A stretch of DNA of 35,580 nt from Myxococcales bacterium (GCA_045863395.1 BTVJ01000074.1:1-35580); one strand, 5' to 3'. Shown: positions 1 to 9,110, counted from the first letter of the stretch. Program-made: numbers and translations. Notes: generated from the letters alone by a model not told the origin.

Positions 1-191
1 CGCCTCGACCCTCCGGATTGCATCATTACTTATGCGACGCCCTACTAGGGTGGGTCGGGCTGTGCGCGAAGTTCACCCCGCGCGTCGACCTGGGCTATGA
101 TGACGGGGGGCCCTGGCAGCGGAGCGATGCCCTTCCCCCCGGCGTCAGGTCGACCCGGGGGAGCCGGCCCACGGGATCCCGACGGAGCGCC

Positions 192-1835
192 GTGACTGCA
201 CCTGATCGCTACTGCCCGCTGTGCCGCGCCCGCCAGACCGAGGCGAGCTGCCCCGTCCACGGCATCCCGACCATCGCGGCTTCCGTGGTCGGCAGCGTGG
301 TGGAGCTGGCGCCCGGCACCGTGCTCGCGGGCCGGTTCCGGGTCGACGGACTGCTCGGCAAGGGCGGCATGGGGCAGGTGTACCGGGCGACGCAGCTCAG
401 CATACAGCGCCCGGTGGCATTGAAGACCCTCCACCCCCGCCTGCTCCAGAACCCGGACCACCTGGGGCGCTTCTACCGCGAGGCCCGGGCCGCCAGCCTC
501 CTCGAGGGGCCTCACGTCGTGCGGGTCTATGACTTCGGCGTCGATGAGCCCAGCTCGACGCCGTTCATCGCCATGGAGCTGGTTCGGGGCACGACGCTCC
601 GAGCGCGGCTCGGTGGTGCTGGCTGTCCGCCCGGCGACGCCGCGGACATCGCGGCCCAGGTCTGCCGCGCGCTGGCGGAGGCACACGCCGCCGGCATCGT
701 CCATCGGGACCTCAAGTCCGAGAACATCCTGGTGGCAGACGGCCTCCTCGGCCCCCACAGCGTCAAGGTCATGGACTTCGGCATCGCGAAGCTCGATCGG
801 GAGCAACATGGCGAGACCGGGTCTCTGACGGCCTCGGGGGCGCTCATGGGCACACCCCGCACCATGGCCCCGGAGCAGATCCTGGGCGAGGCCGTCGACC
901 CCCGGACGGACCTCTACGCGGTTGGCTGCGTGCTGCATGAGCTTCTGACTGGGGTGGCGCCCTTCCTCGGGGACGACCCCATCACCGTGATCAACCAGCA
1001 CCTGCTGGCGCCTCCGCCGCCGCTGGATCCGCGCCTCGGCGTCCCACCGTCGCTCATCGCGCTCCGCGACGTGCTGATGGCCAAGGACCGGGACCAGCGG
1101 CCCCGGGAGGCGGCGGAGGTCGCCTTGCGCCTGGAGGCGGTGGCCGCGCTCCCGTCGCGCCAGGCGTCGGAGCGCGATGTCTCGGACGTTGGCCGGTGGA
1201 GCGCTCCGGCGGACGGCGTGCAGGCGGAGGTCCCCGGACCAGGGCCGCGACGCGCCGGTGACGCCCCACGCCCGGCACACCCGTGGGAGGAGGACGAGAC
1301 GCTGACCCGCGGTGCCCGGGGCGGTCGCCCGGGTCGCAGGCGCTTCGTAGCCGGAGCCATGAGCGCCGCCGGCCTGGCGGCCCTCCTCGTGGTCGTCGCG
1401 CAGCCCGATGGGGCGCCTCCGGACGGTGCCGACCCAAGGCACGCGGTGGACCTTGGCGCTGCCGGACCTCCCGAGGGGGATCCCGTCGCCGCCTCTCCGG
1501 TGCGCGTCCCACGGAGGCCGGGAGCGCCGGAGTCGCCTCCCGTGGCACGGCGAGCCGTAGAGCCGGGCGGTCCCGATGGCGTCGCCGCCGCGGCGGGCAC
1601 GTCGGGCGAGGGCCCGACCGCCGCCGCTGCACCCCACCCCAGCACTGTCGCGCGCGATGCCCCTGGACCTCGTCCGTCCACGGCCGCCGAGCCCAAGGGG
1701 TCCAAGAGCAACCTCCGAGCCCCCGTGCGCGCCGAGGCCGGGGGCAAGGACCCGGCCCCCGGCCCCGCCCAGGGGGCGCCTGCCGCCGAGCCCTCCCGTC
1801 CGCTGCTCGACGGCATCGACTCGGAGAAGTGGTAG
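192..1835 (+). CDS. Hanks-type Ser/Thr protein kinase with N-terminal Zn-ribbon-like motif, probable TM helix and Pro/Ala-rich C-terminal region
   Basis: Kinase motifs LGKGGMGQVY, VALK, HRDLKSEN, DFG, GTPRTMAPE and DLYAVG. CPLC..CPVH at the N-terminus; hydrophobic AGLAALLVVVA segment. Start inferred at GTG 192 after GGAG (184-187). Confidence 0.92.
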   Translation: MTAPDRYCPLCRARQTEASCPVHGIPTIAASVVGSVVELAPGTVLAGRFRVDGLLGKGGMGQVYRATQLSIQRPVALKTLHPRLLQNPDHLGRFYREARAASLLEGPHVVRVYDFGVDEPSSTPFIAMELVRGTTLRARLGGAGCPPGDAADIAAQVCRALAEAHAAGIVHRDLKSENILVADGLLGPHSVKVMDFGIAKLDREQHGETGSLTASGALMGTPRTMAPEQILGEAVDPRTDLYAVGCVLHELLTGVAPFLGDDPITVINQHLLAPPPPLDPRLGVPPSLIALRDVLMAKDRDQRPREAAEVALRLEAVAALPSRQASERDVSDVGRWSAPADGVQAEVPGPGPRRAGDAPRPAHPWEEDETLTRGARGGRPGRRRFVAGAMSAAGLAALLVVVAQPDGAPPDGADPRHAVDLGAAGPPEGDPVAASPVRVPRRPGAPESPPVARRAVEPGGPDGVAAAAGTSGEGPTAAAAPHPSTVARDAPGPRPSTAAEPKGSKSNLRAPVRAEAGGKDPAPGPAQGAPAAEPSRPLLDGIDSEKW

Positions 1836-1840
1836 CCACG

Positions 1841-2917
1841 ATGCCCCGCCGCCTCTCATGGGCCGCCCTGAGCCTCCTCGCCGGCGCCTGCGCGGGGTTC
1901 GATCCGGACGACCAGTACCGCTGCGCGTCCGACGACGACTGCATCAGCGGCTTCGTCTGCCATCAGGCCGTGTGCGCCCGCCTCTCCGCACCGCAGGCCC
2001 ACCGCATTCTCTACCGGCGCGGCGGACCCAGCGCCCACCTGCTGGCGGTCGCACCCGGCGACCCATCCCCCGCGTCGTTGACCGAGGCCCTCGAGGCCGT
2101 GGACCTGCGGCCCGAGCCCAGCGGGGGCGCCTTCGCCTCCAATGGCGCCTGGTTGGCGTTCCTGACGACGCGGGGTCACGCCGAGTGCGACGGGTACGCC
2201 TGCCTGGCCGTGGCCTCCGGGGACCTCCGGGGGGCCTCCCTCGTCATCGTGGATGTCACCTCGGGTCCCCTGCACCCATCGGGCGGCCCCATGGACATCG
2301 CCAGCGACGCCAGCCGCATCGCCTTCATCGAGGGGTTCCAGGTCTACGTCACCGACAGGGTGGCGGGGGAGCCGTTGGTGGACGGGCGGTGGAGCAGCCC
2401 GCAGCGCGTCGATGAGGGCGCCCCCACAGGGAGCGCGCTCGCCCAGGCCCCGGTGCTCCTCCCGTCGGGGGACCGCGTCGCCTGGGCCTGCGGGCCGGAC
2501 CCCTACCTCGACGACGGGCGCGGCATCTGCCAGCGGAGCGTCGGGTCCACGGCCCTCACCGGCGCCGTGGACCGCATCGGCCCCGAGGCCCTGCCTGGCG
2601 CGGCGGCATGGCTCAAGAGCCCGCGCTACACCGTCATCGGCGGCCAGCCCCGCATCGCGTTCCTCGCACGCCTGGCCAACGCCACCAACGTCTGGCACAC
2701 GGCCCTCGACGGCTCGGACGCGCGGCAGATCACGACCTCCCTCGCGGGCGCGCCGCCCCTGGAGCACCTGTGCCTGTTCGGGGATCGGGCGGTCACCCTG
2801 AGCGTCGGCCCGGAGACCTACACACTGGAGTGGCTGGACCTCGCCGAGGCCGACCCCCAGCTCATCGAGTCAATCCCGGTAGCCGACCCCCAGCCTGCGC
2901 TGTTCGGCTGCCACTGA
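1841..2917 (+). CDS. Putative lipoprotein with Cys-rich N-terminal module and TolB/beta-propeller-like repeats
   Basis: Signal MPRRLSWAALSLLAGA-C (Cys17 lipobox), then CASDDDCISGFVCHQAVC. Propeller-like segments ASNGAWLAF, ASDASRIAF, PSGDRVAW and LDGSDARQIT. ATG lies 5 nt after the kinase stop. Confidence 0.7.
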   Translation: MPRRLSWAALSLLAGACAGFDPDDQYRCASDDDCISGFVCHQAVCARLSAPQAHRILYRRGGPSAHLLAVAPGDPSPASLTEALEAVDLRPEPSGGAFASNGAWLAFLTTRGHAECDGYACLAVASGDLRGASLVIVDVTSGPLHPSGGPMDIASDASRIAFIEGFQVYVTDRVAGEPLVDGRWSSPQRVDEGAPTGSALAQAPVLLPSGDRVAWACGPDPYLDDGRGICQRSVGSTALTGAVDRIGPEALPGAAAWLKSPRYTVIGGQPRIAFLARLANATNVWHTALDGSDARQITTSLAGAPPLEHLCLFGDRAVTLSVGPETYTLEWLDLAEADPQLIESIPVADPQPALFGCH

Positions 2918-2934
2918 CCACGGAGGACCCAACG

Positions 2935-4365
2935 GTGAGCGACGAGACGCTGACCCGCACTGGCGACAGGCCCGCTGCTCCGGAGGAGCGCCCGTCCCTG
3001 GTGGTCCGCGCCGTCCTCGTCGAGGGCGCGCCGCTGCGGGGGGCGCAGGCGCTGCCCGTCCTCGCATTCGATGGCAAGCGGGACGTCGTCCTGGGGCGCC
3101 AGGCGGGCGACACGGGCTTCTCCATCCCCCTCGACGCGACCTTGAGCCGGCGCCACGTGCGGCTGCGTCTGGTCGGGCTCGGCCCGGAGGACGCGCTGCT
3201 CGTGGAGGACCTCGGCAGCCACAACGGCACATGGGTCGACGGTGCTCGCATCGTCAGGCCCACCGCCGTGCGGGCCGGGCAGGTGATCCGCGTGGCGGGC
3301 ACCGCGCTGGTCGTGGGCGCGGAGCCTCCGGAGCGCGCCGCAGCGCTCCGGGCCCGGACGCCGCCCGGCTACGTGGCGCTCTCCTGGGCCAGCCTCCAGG
3401 TGTGGGAGCGCGTCGAGCGCGTCGCGGCGAGCGACGCCGGGGTCCTGCTCACGGGGCCCGTCGGTACGGGCAAGACGCGCCTCGCCCAGCACCTCCACGA
3501 CCGGAGCGGACGCGCGGGGCCGTTCGTCTCCTTCAACTGCAGCGCCATCCCCGTGAACCTGGAGGAGGCGACCCTCTTCGGCGTCTCGGGCGGCTTCATT
3601 CCCGGCGTTCGGGAGCGGGAGGGCTGGATCACCCGCGCGCGCGGCGGGACGCTCTTCCTCGACGAGCTCGCCGACATGCCGCCGCTCGCCCAAGCCAAGC
3701 TGCTCGACGCTTTCGACCCGACGGATCCGGGCTTCATCCCCGTGGGAGGGACCGCAAGGGTCCGCCCCTCCTGTCGCTTGGTGTCCGCCACGAACAAGGA
3801 CGTGTTCGCGCTGTGCGCCGCCGGCGCGCTCCGTCAGGATCTCCTCAGCCGCATCGTCGTCGCCCAGGTGGAGGTGCCGCCGCTCGCCGCCCGGCGGGAG
3901 GACCTGGTGGAGCTCCTCGACCGGGCCCTGCTGCGGCACGGCTCATCGGTGGACGCCCTTGCGCCCTCTGCCGAGCTGGTCGAATCGCTGCTCCTGGCCC
4001 GCTGGACGGAGAACGTGCGCGGCCTCGAGTCCCTCGCGGCGCGCCTCGCCCTCGGCGAGCGCCTCTCGCCCGCCGACGCCCGCCGGCACGCCGACCGGGG
4101 CCAAGACGGGCCCCCCCCGGAGCTGGTCCCGCACTCCGCCGGCCTCGCCGCCCACCCGGTGTGGCCCCCGGAGCCGGTCGAGCTGCTCGTCCTGCTTCGC
4201 GCGCACGACTTCAACGTGGCTGCAGCCGCAGAGGCCCTGGGCCGCCGCCGCGAGACGCTGTCCCGCCTCGTCACCGCGACCTTCGGGCGGGGTGGGGCGA
4301 CCGCCGCGCGGCGGGCCTGGCGGGTCTACGAGGCGACGGGGCAGATCCCGTCCCCGGAGGCGTAG
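2935..4365 (+). CDS. FHA-domain, NtrC-like AAA+ transcriptional regulator with degenerate GAFTGA loop and C-terminal Fis-type HTH
   Basis: FHA motifs LGR, LSRRH and DLGSHNGT. Walker A GPVGTGKT, Walker B LFLDE, QAKLL, RQDLLSRI, WTENVRGL. HTH FNVAAAAEALGRRRETLSRL. GTG at 2935 after GGAGGA. Confidence 0.88.
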   Translation: MSDETLTRTGDRPAAPEERPSLVVRAVLVEGAPLRGAQALPVLAFDGKRDVVLGRQAGDTGFSIPLDATLSRRHVRLRLVGLGPEDALLVEDLGSHNGTWVDGARIVRPTAVRAGQVIRVAGTALVVGAEPPERAAALRARTPPGYVALSWASLQVWERVERVAASDAGVLLTGPVGTGKTRLAQHLHDRSGRAGPFVSFNCSAIPVNLEEATLFGVSGGFIPGVREREGWITRARGGTLFLDELADMPPLAQAKLLDAFDPTDPGFIPVGGTARVRPSCRLVSATNKDVFALCAAGALRQDLLSRIVVAQVEVPPLAARREDLVELLDRALLRHGSSVDALAPSAELVESLLLARWTENVRGLESLAARLALGERLSPADARRHADRGQDGPPPELVPHSAGLAAHPVWPPEPVELLVLLRAHDFNVAAAAEALGRRRETLSRLVTATFGRGGATAARRAWRVYEATGQIPSPEA

Positions 4366-4419
4366 CGAGGGGCTGGGGCCGGGCGGAGGGCGCTCGCCCA
4401 CGGCCCGCGATGGAGCGGC

Positions 4420-6204
4420 CTACTCCCCGAGCAGCGCGAGCGGTGCGGCGTTGTCCACCCACGCGCGGGTCTTGGAGCGGACCTTGCGCTGGGAGAGCTG
4501 GGCGATGACCGCGAAGGCCTTGGGGGTCCGGTTGGCGCGGAGCCACGCGGAGACGACCTCGAAGGTGCCGTCGGCGCGCTTGGCGTAGTCTCCGACGATC
4601 CACTGCTCGAGCTGGGCCGCCGCGTCGGCCGGCGCCGCTGCAAAGACGCGGTCCAGGGCGGTTCGGTCCTCCGCAGCGACGTCTCCGCCGGCGCCGCCGC
4701 TCGCCCCCGCGATGCCCGCCAGCGCCTTGTCCACGAGGCGGAGCTGCGCCCGGCGCGCCGCCGCGGCCGCCGGAACGTCCGCGCCGTCGCCGGCCAGCCA
4801 GGCGCGCACTGCTGCCTCGGTGATGGGGTCCCCCGCGTCCAGCGCCTGGTCGAGACGGGCCCAGAAGGACTCGCCCGTGGGGAGCGCGTCGCTGGGCGGC
4901 ACCAGGGCCTCGTCGATGACCTCGTCCATGATGAGCGGGGTCTCCTCCGGCTGCTCCGCGGGTACCAGGGCCACCCCCTCCGCGGCGGGGGCCTCCACCC
5001 CCTCCTCCGCGGTGCTCGCCGTGTCCGTCGTGGACGACCAGGGCCGCCACACCAGAAGCGCCAGCAGGGCCGCCACGGCGATCCCGAAGGCGACGACCGT
5101 GTTGCGCCGTGCGTCGCCACCCAGGCTGGGCAAGGGCTCTCGCCCCCCGCGCGGCGGCGGCGCCAGGTCGCCGAGCGAGGTCTCCCGCCAGCCCGGCTCC
5201 GTGGGCTCCAGGGCCTGCGCACCCGTCGGTCTCGCGGGCTTGCGTGGCTCCGGCAGGCGGACGTCCGCCCCTCGGGCCTCTGCGCCTCCCGTCGTGCGCC
5301 CCTCGGGGCCCCGGTCCGGCCCGCGCTCTGCGCCGCTCCCCTCGCGCGGCTCGCTCCCCTTCGGCTCGGAGCCCCGGGGCTCCGGTGCCCACTGCGGATC
5401 CTGGGGCGGCATGCCGCCGCCCTTGGTCGCCACGGCCCCCGGTCCCGCCTGGGCCGCCGTCGCCCGCGCGCGCCCCGGCGCCGCTGCGGTCACCTCTGCG
5501 GGGACGGCGTCGCCGTACTGGAGGAGCTGGATGCTGACCCCGGCCTTGGCCCCCGCCTTCTGCGCGCTCTCCACGAGGGTCCCCACGGCCTCCTGCGCAG
5601 GCAGGGTGGAGACCACGCGGCCGATCCGGACCGTGTCGACGTGCGCGTGCAGGCCCGGAGCCGCCAGGACGATCCTGTCGCCCGGAACCAGCCGAATCGG
5701 GTCCCTGCTGACCACGATGCGCGCATGCTGTCCGGCCCCCAGGGCGCCGACCGCAGCCGCCCCCTGCTCGTGCTCCGCCGGCTCGTCTACCCCGACGGCG
5801 TCGATGGCGCGCTCGCCGCGCACGATGAGCACCCGCACGTCCCCCGCCCGCGCCGCCCAGAACTGGTTGTCGCGCACGAGCGCCACCGCCACGGATGCGC
5901 CGCTGCCCACGAGGACCCGCTCGGAGGACGCCCGTGTACGCAGCACGTCGTTGGCGTGGCTGAGCGCCGCTGCCAGCCTGTGCGGGATGCCCGCGTCCTG
6001 CGCCTGCCGGAACTGCGTGAGGATGGTGCTGACCGCCAGGTTTGCCTCGACCCGGCCCGACCCGGAGCCGCCGACGCCCGTTGCCAGGACGAGCAGGTTG
6101 CCCGCGAAGAGGCTCGCGTGGCCCAGCGCGTCCCGGTTGAGCTCCGGCGTGCTGCCCTGGTCGTTCCGCTCTGCGATGCGTACCTGAATCTCACGCTCGG
6201 TCAT
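4420..6204 (-). CDS. PP2C/PPM-fold protein (probable pseudophosphatase) with Pro-rich linker, TM helix and helical C-terminal domain
   Basis: PP2C-like motifs NRD, LLVLATGVGG, ARAGDVR and GDRIVLAAPGL. TM segment VVAFGIAVAALLALLVW. ATG at 6204 preceded by GAGG. Confidence 0.75.
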   Translation of the reverse strand: MTEREIQVRIAERNDQGSTPELNRDALGHASLFAGNLLVLATGVGGSGSGRVEANLAVSTILTQFRQAQDAGIPHRLAAALSHANDVLRTRASSERVLVGSGASVAVALVRDNQFWAARAGDVRVLIVRGERAIDAVGVDEPAEHEQGAAAVGALGAGQHARIVVSRDPIRLVPGDRIVLAAPGLHAHVDTVRIGRVVSTLPAQEAVGTLVESAQKAGAKAGVSIQLLQYGDAVPAEVTAAAPGRARATAAQAGPGAVATKGGGMPPQDPQWAPEPRGSEPKGSEPREGSGAERGPDRGPEGRTTGGAEARGADVRLPEPRKPARPTGAQALEPTEPGWRETSLGDLAPPPRGGREPLPSLGGDARRNTVVAFGIAVAALLALLVWRPWSSTTDTASTAEEGVEAPAAEGVALVPAEQPEETPLIMDEVIDEALVPPSDALPTGESFWARLDQALDAGDPITEAAVRAWLAGDGADVPAAAAARRAQLRLVDKALAGIAGASGGAGGDVAAEDRTALDRVFAAAPADAAAQLEQWIVGDYAKRADGTFEVVSAWLRANRTPKAFAVIAQLSQRKVRSKTRAWVDNAAPLALLGE

Positions 6205-6411
6205 GCTCGGTCGGACCTCTGTCTCTGATGTGATCCCCGCCTCGGGGCGCGAGGATATCCACGCCTCGCCGCGGCGGTCAAGGCGCAATCCCGCCCCGCT
6301 TCGAACGTCGCTGTGGACAACTGGTGGACAAGTGGGGGAGTGCGGCGCGCAAGCCCCCGCGCCTCCAGAGGAAGAGCGACCCGCCGCGTCATGAGCGGCA
6401 AGTCACCCGCG

Positions 6412-7248
6412 TCACGGCTCGCCGTGGGCTGCGTCGGCGCTCAACACCACTACGTCGACCCGGCGGTTGCGCTTGCGCCCCTCTTCGGTGTCGTTGCCTG
6501 CCATGGGGTGGTAGTTGGCGTATCCGCTGGCGGACAGGCGCTCGGGAGGGTAGGCGAAGTCGTCGACCAGCAGGCGGACGATGTGCGCCGCTCGCGCCGA
6601 GGAGAGCTCCCAGTTGCTTGGGAAGCGCGACGTGCTGATCGGGCGGTCGTCCGTGTGCCCCTCCACGCGCAGTGGGCGGCGGTAGTGGCTCAGGACCCGG
6701 GCGATGGCCTCCAGGATCGGATAGGCCGCCTGGCGCAGCGTCGCGTCCCCCGACTCGAAGAACCCCGCCTCCGCCAGCGTGATCACGAGCCCCCGCAGGG
6801 TCATGGTCACCCGCACCCGGTCCTCCAGGCCCGCCTCCTGCACGTACTTCTGGAGCTCCGCCGCGATGCTCTTCAGCTCCTCCATCGATGCGCCGGCCCC
6901 CTCGCCGTTGCGCCTGCTCCACGTCTCGGAGGGGCCGCTGTCCATGACCGGGGTCGCCTCGCCCGGCGACGGCCGCACGCCGGGGAACGTGGGCATGGGC
7001 GTCATGCTGCTGGTGGACGGCGGCGATGGGCGCGGCGGTGTGCCGAGCTGCGGGGCGGAGGTGCGGAAGATGTCCACGTGGAACGCCTCCCGCATGGCCA
7101 TCATCACGTCCTTCAGCTTCTGCACGTCCGTCTGGCTGGTGGCGTAGAGCACCGTGAAGAACGCGAAGAGCAGCGTGATGAAGTCGGCGTAGGAGACCAG
7201 CCACCGCTCCTGGTTGACGTGCTCCTCGTGCTTCTTCTTGCGTGCCAT
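6412..7248 (-). CDS. motB: Flagellar stator protein MotB (H+-type signature)
   Basis: WLVSYADFITLLFAFFTV has the conserved Asp and a Val at the position equivalent to E. coli V43. OmpA-like domain VEGHTD, SNWELSSARA, NRRV. Confidence 0.96.
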   Translation of the reverse strand: MARKKKHEEHVNQERWLVSYADFITLLFAFFTVLYATSQTDVQKLKDVMMAMREAFHVDIFRTSAPQLGTPPRPSPPSTSSMTPMPTFPGVRPSPGEATPVMDSGPSETWSRRNGEGAGASMEELKSIAAELQKYVQEAGLEDRVRVTMTLRGLVITLAEAGFFESGDATLRQAAYPILEAIARVLSHYRRPLRVEGHTDDRPISTSRFPSNWELSSARAAHIVRLLVDDFAYPPERLSASGYANYHPMAGNDTEEGRKRNRRVDVVVLSADAAHGEP

Positions 7249-7255
7249 GGTCCCT

Positions 7256-8074
7256 CTAGGCTGCCTTCTTCATCTGCGCCGCCGCCGCACCCTTCGCCGA
7301 GTGCGCCGGCCCATGGGACTGGACGTAGCCGCGCAGCTTCTGCTCGATGAGGCGGGGGTTCTCCCCATCGACGATGGCGACGATTCCCTCCAGCGTCATC
7401 TCGCGGAGCGCCATCTGCGCCGCCGCCCGCTCCTTGAGCTTCAGGCTGATCGGCAGGAAGAGCAGGTTCGCCGATCCGACGCCGTAGACCGTCGCCACGA
7501 AAGCCACGGCGATGCCAGAGCCCAGCTTGGACGGGTCGGCGAGGTTCTCCATGACGTGGATGAGGCCCAACACTGCGCCGAGGATGCCGACCGTCGGCGC
7601 GTAGCCGCCTGCGTTCTCCCAGAACTTGGCGGGCAGCATGCCGTGGTGCTCCGCCTGCCCGAGCTCGATGTCCGCGATGTCACGAAGCTGGCGGCTGTCG
7701 GTCCCATCGACGGCCAGGTTCAGGATGCGCTTGAAGAAGGGGTCGTCGATCTCCTCGGCGTCCTTCTCCAGAGAGATGATGCCGTCCTTGCGCGCCTTCT
7801 GGGCCAGGCGCACGACGTGCTCGATGCGCGGCTCGAACTCGATGACGGTGCCCTTCCACACCTGCTTGGCCTGGACGAAGGACTCCTTCACCACCGCGGG
7901 GCTGTAGGCGATGAGCACCGCCCCGAAGGTCCCGCCAAACACGATGAGGAAGGCGGTGAGCTGAAGGAGTGACCCCACGTGCCCGCCCTCCAGGGCCTGG
8001 CCGAGCAGGATCAGCCCGAAGGCCAGGAGGACCCCCAGGATGGACGACTTGTCGAGGACGGCCTTCTGCTTCAT
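7256..8074 (-). CDS. motA: Flagellar stator protein MotA
   Basis: AFLIVFGGTFGA, ARKDGIISLE, GGYAPTVGILGAVLGLI, AFVATVYG and GENPR; directly upstream of motB. Confidence 0.96.
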   Translation of the reverse strand: MKQKAVLDKSSILGVLLAFGLILLGQALEGGHVGSLLQLTAFLIVFGGTFGAVLIAYSPAVVKESFVQAKQVWKGTVIEFEPRIEHVVRLAQKARKDGIISLEKDAEEIDDPFFKRILNLAVDGTDSRQLRDIADIELGQAEHHGMLPAKFWENAGGYAPTVGILGAVLGLIHVMENLADPSKLGSGIAVAFVATVYGVGSANLLFLPISLKLKERAAAQMALREMTLEGIVAIVDGENPRLIEQKLRGYVQSHGPAHSAKGAAAAQMKKAA

Positions 8075-8313
8075 GCGGTGCCCTCGTCGTGGAGCACCGG
8101 CATGCCCTCCCGGTCCCGGTGATGCACGACCAGGCGCCCGACCTTTCGCCGGTATTCGACGACCTGCTCGACGACCTGCTCCACGGGTTCCTTGACCACG
8201 AGCTTGTCGCCGTTGGAGAACGTGAGGATGGTGTCGGGCGTGGATTCGATGGTCATCAACAGGTCGGCGTTGACGACCACGGCGCGGCCCGTCAGCCGTG
8301 TGAGATGGATCAC
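8071..8313 (-). CDS. flbD: Flagellar protein FlbD family
   Basis: MIHLTRLTGRAVVVNADLLMTIESTPDTILTFSNGDKLVVKE is typical of FlbD. GTG start overlaps the upstream stop; usual position before motA. Confidence 0.9.
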   Translation of the reverse strand: MIHLTRLTGRAVVVNADLLMTIESTPDTILTFSNGDKLVVKEPVEQVVEQVVEYRRKVGRLVVHHRDREGMPVLHDEGTA

Positions 8314-9110
8314 TGTGTCGCTCCTTTCACTGTTTCGTCGGTCCCCTGGTCCCCGTCGCTGTCCTGGTGCCCGTCGCCCCCGTCGCTCGCCTCTCCCTTG
8401 ACCCACGGCCAGACAGGTTGCCGGTCCACGCACCCCCCCTGCCGATCCGCCGCCGAGCAGTAGATCCGCACGTGGTAGTGGTCCGCGTGCGGAGACGACC
8501 CCCGCGGCTCCTGGAGCACCTTGCGCGCCCGTCGCAGGATGCGTGGGCTCTCTCCCCGTGCCGCAGCGTAGGCAAGCAGGCGCTCCTTCAGGGGGTCCGA
8601 GACGAAGACATATTGCACGGGAACGTCCTCGCTGGCCAGCAGCGTTCGGACGAACCACCAGTTGCGCTGGTCGTCGAAGCGCACCTTGTCGCAGCCCCGG
8701 GCGGCGCAGCGGCCGTCACCATCGAAGGCCACGAAGCCGCGCGGACGCACCGGCTTCCCTTCGAGATCCTGCACATAGAAGAGAACGTCCACGTCCCGGC
8801 CCGAGTTGTGGCTCATGTGGCGGCCAAGGTCTCCGCCCCCCTCGGCGCTGACGTCGGCTATCACCAGCGGAGGGCCGGGCACCGCGTCGTCGACCACCCG
8901 CGCCGCGCGTATCAGCAGCGCCGCCAGCTCCAGCGTCGCGTAGTTCGTGCCACGCGAGCGCACGGGCCCGTAGAAGCTGTGCCAGGCGCCGGTCAGCGGC
9001 ACGTGGAAGCCGTCCTGGAGCTCCCCGCCCTGCGGAGAGCCCACGGAGCGGGGCCGCGCCTCGGCCCCGAGCGCCGCGAGGAGCAGCGCGCCGATCACCG
9101 CTCCCCTCAC
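8310..9110 (-). CDS. mepA: Penicillin-insensitive murein endopeptidase, MepA family (LAS Zn-peptidase), exported
   Basis: Signal peptide; SVGSPQGGELQDG; Zn-ligand motifs HMSHNSGRDVD and HADHYHVR; paired Cys. GTGA overlaps with fliA and flbD. Confidence 0.85.
   Translation of the reverse strand: MRGAVIGALLLAALGAEARPRSVGSPQGGELQDGFHVPLTGAWHSFYGPVRSRGTNYATLELAALLIRAARVVDDAVPGPPLVIADVSAEGGGDLGRHMSHNSGRDVDVLFYVQDLEGKPVRPRGFVAFDGDGRCAARGCDKVRFDDQRNWWFVRTLLASEDVPVQYVFVSDPLKERLLAYAAARGESPRILRRARKVLQEPRGSSPHADHYHVRIYCSAADRQGGCVDRQPVWPWVKGEASDGGDGHQDSDGDQGTDETVKGATQ

Noticed and set aside
132..163. GC hairpin and GTCGACCTG inverted repeat in the kinase leader
   Set aside because: Short and expected at this GC content; no riboswitch motif recognised.
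18..191. N-terminal extension of the kinase ORF from TTG 18
   Set aside because: No RBS or domain signal; GTG 192 has an SD and begins at the Zn-ribbon motif.
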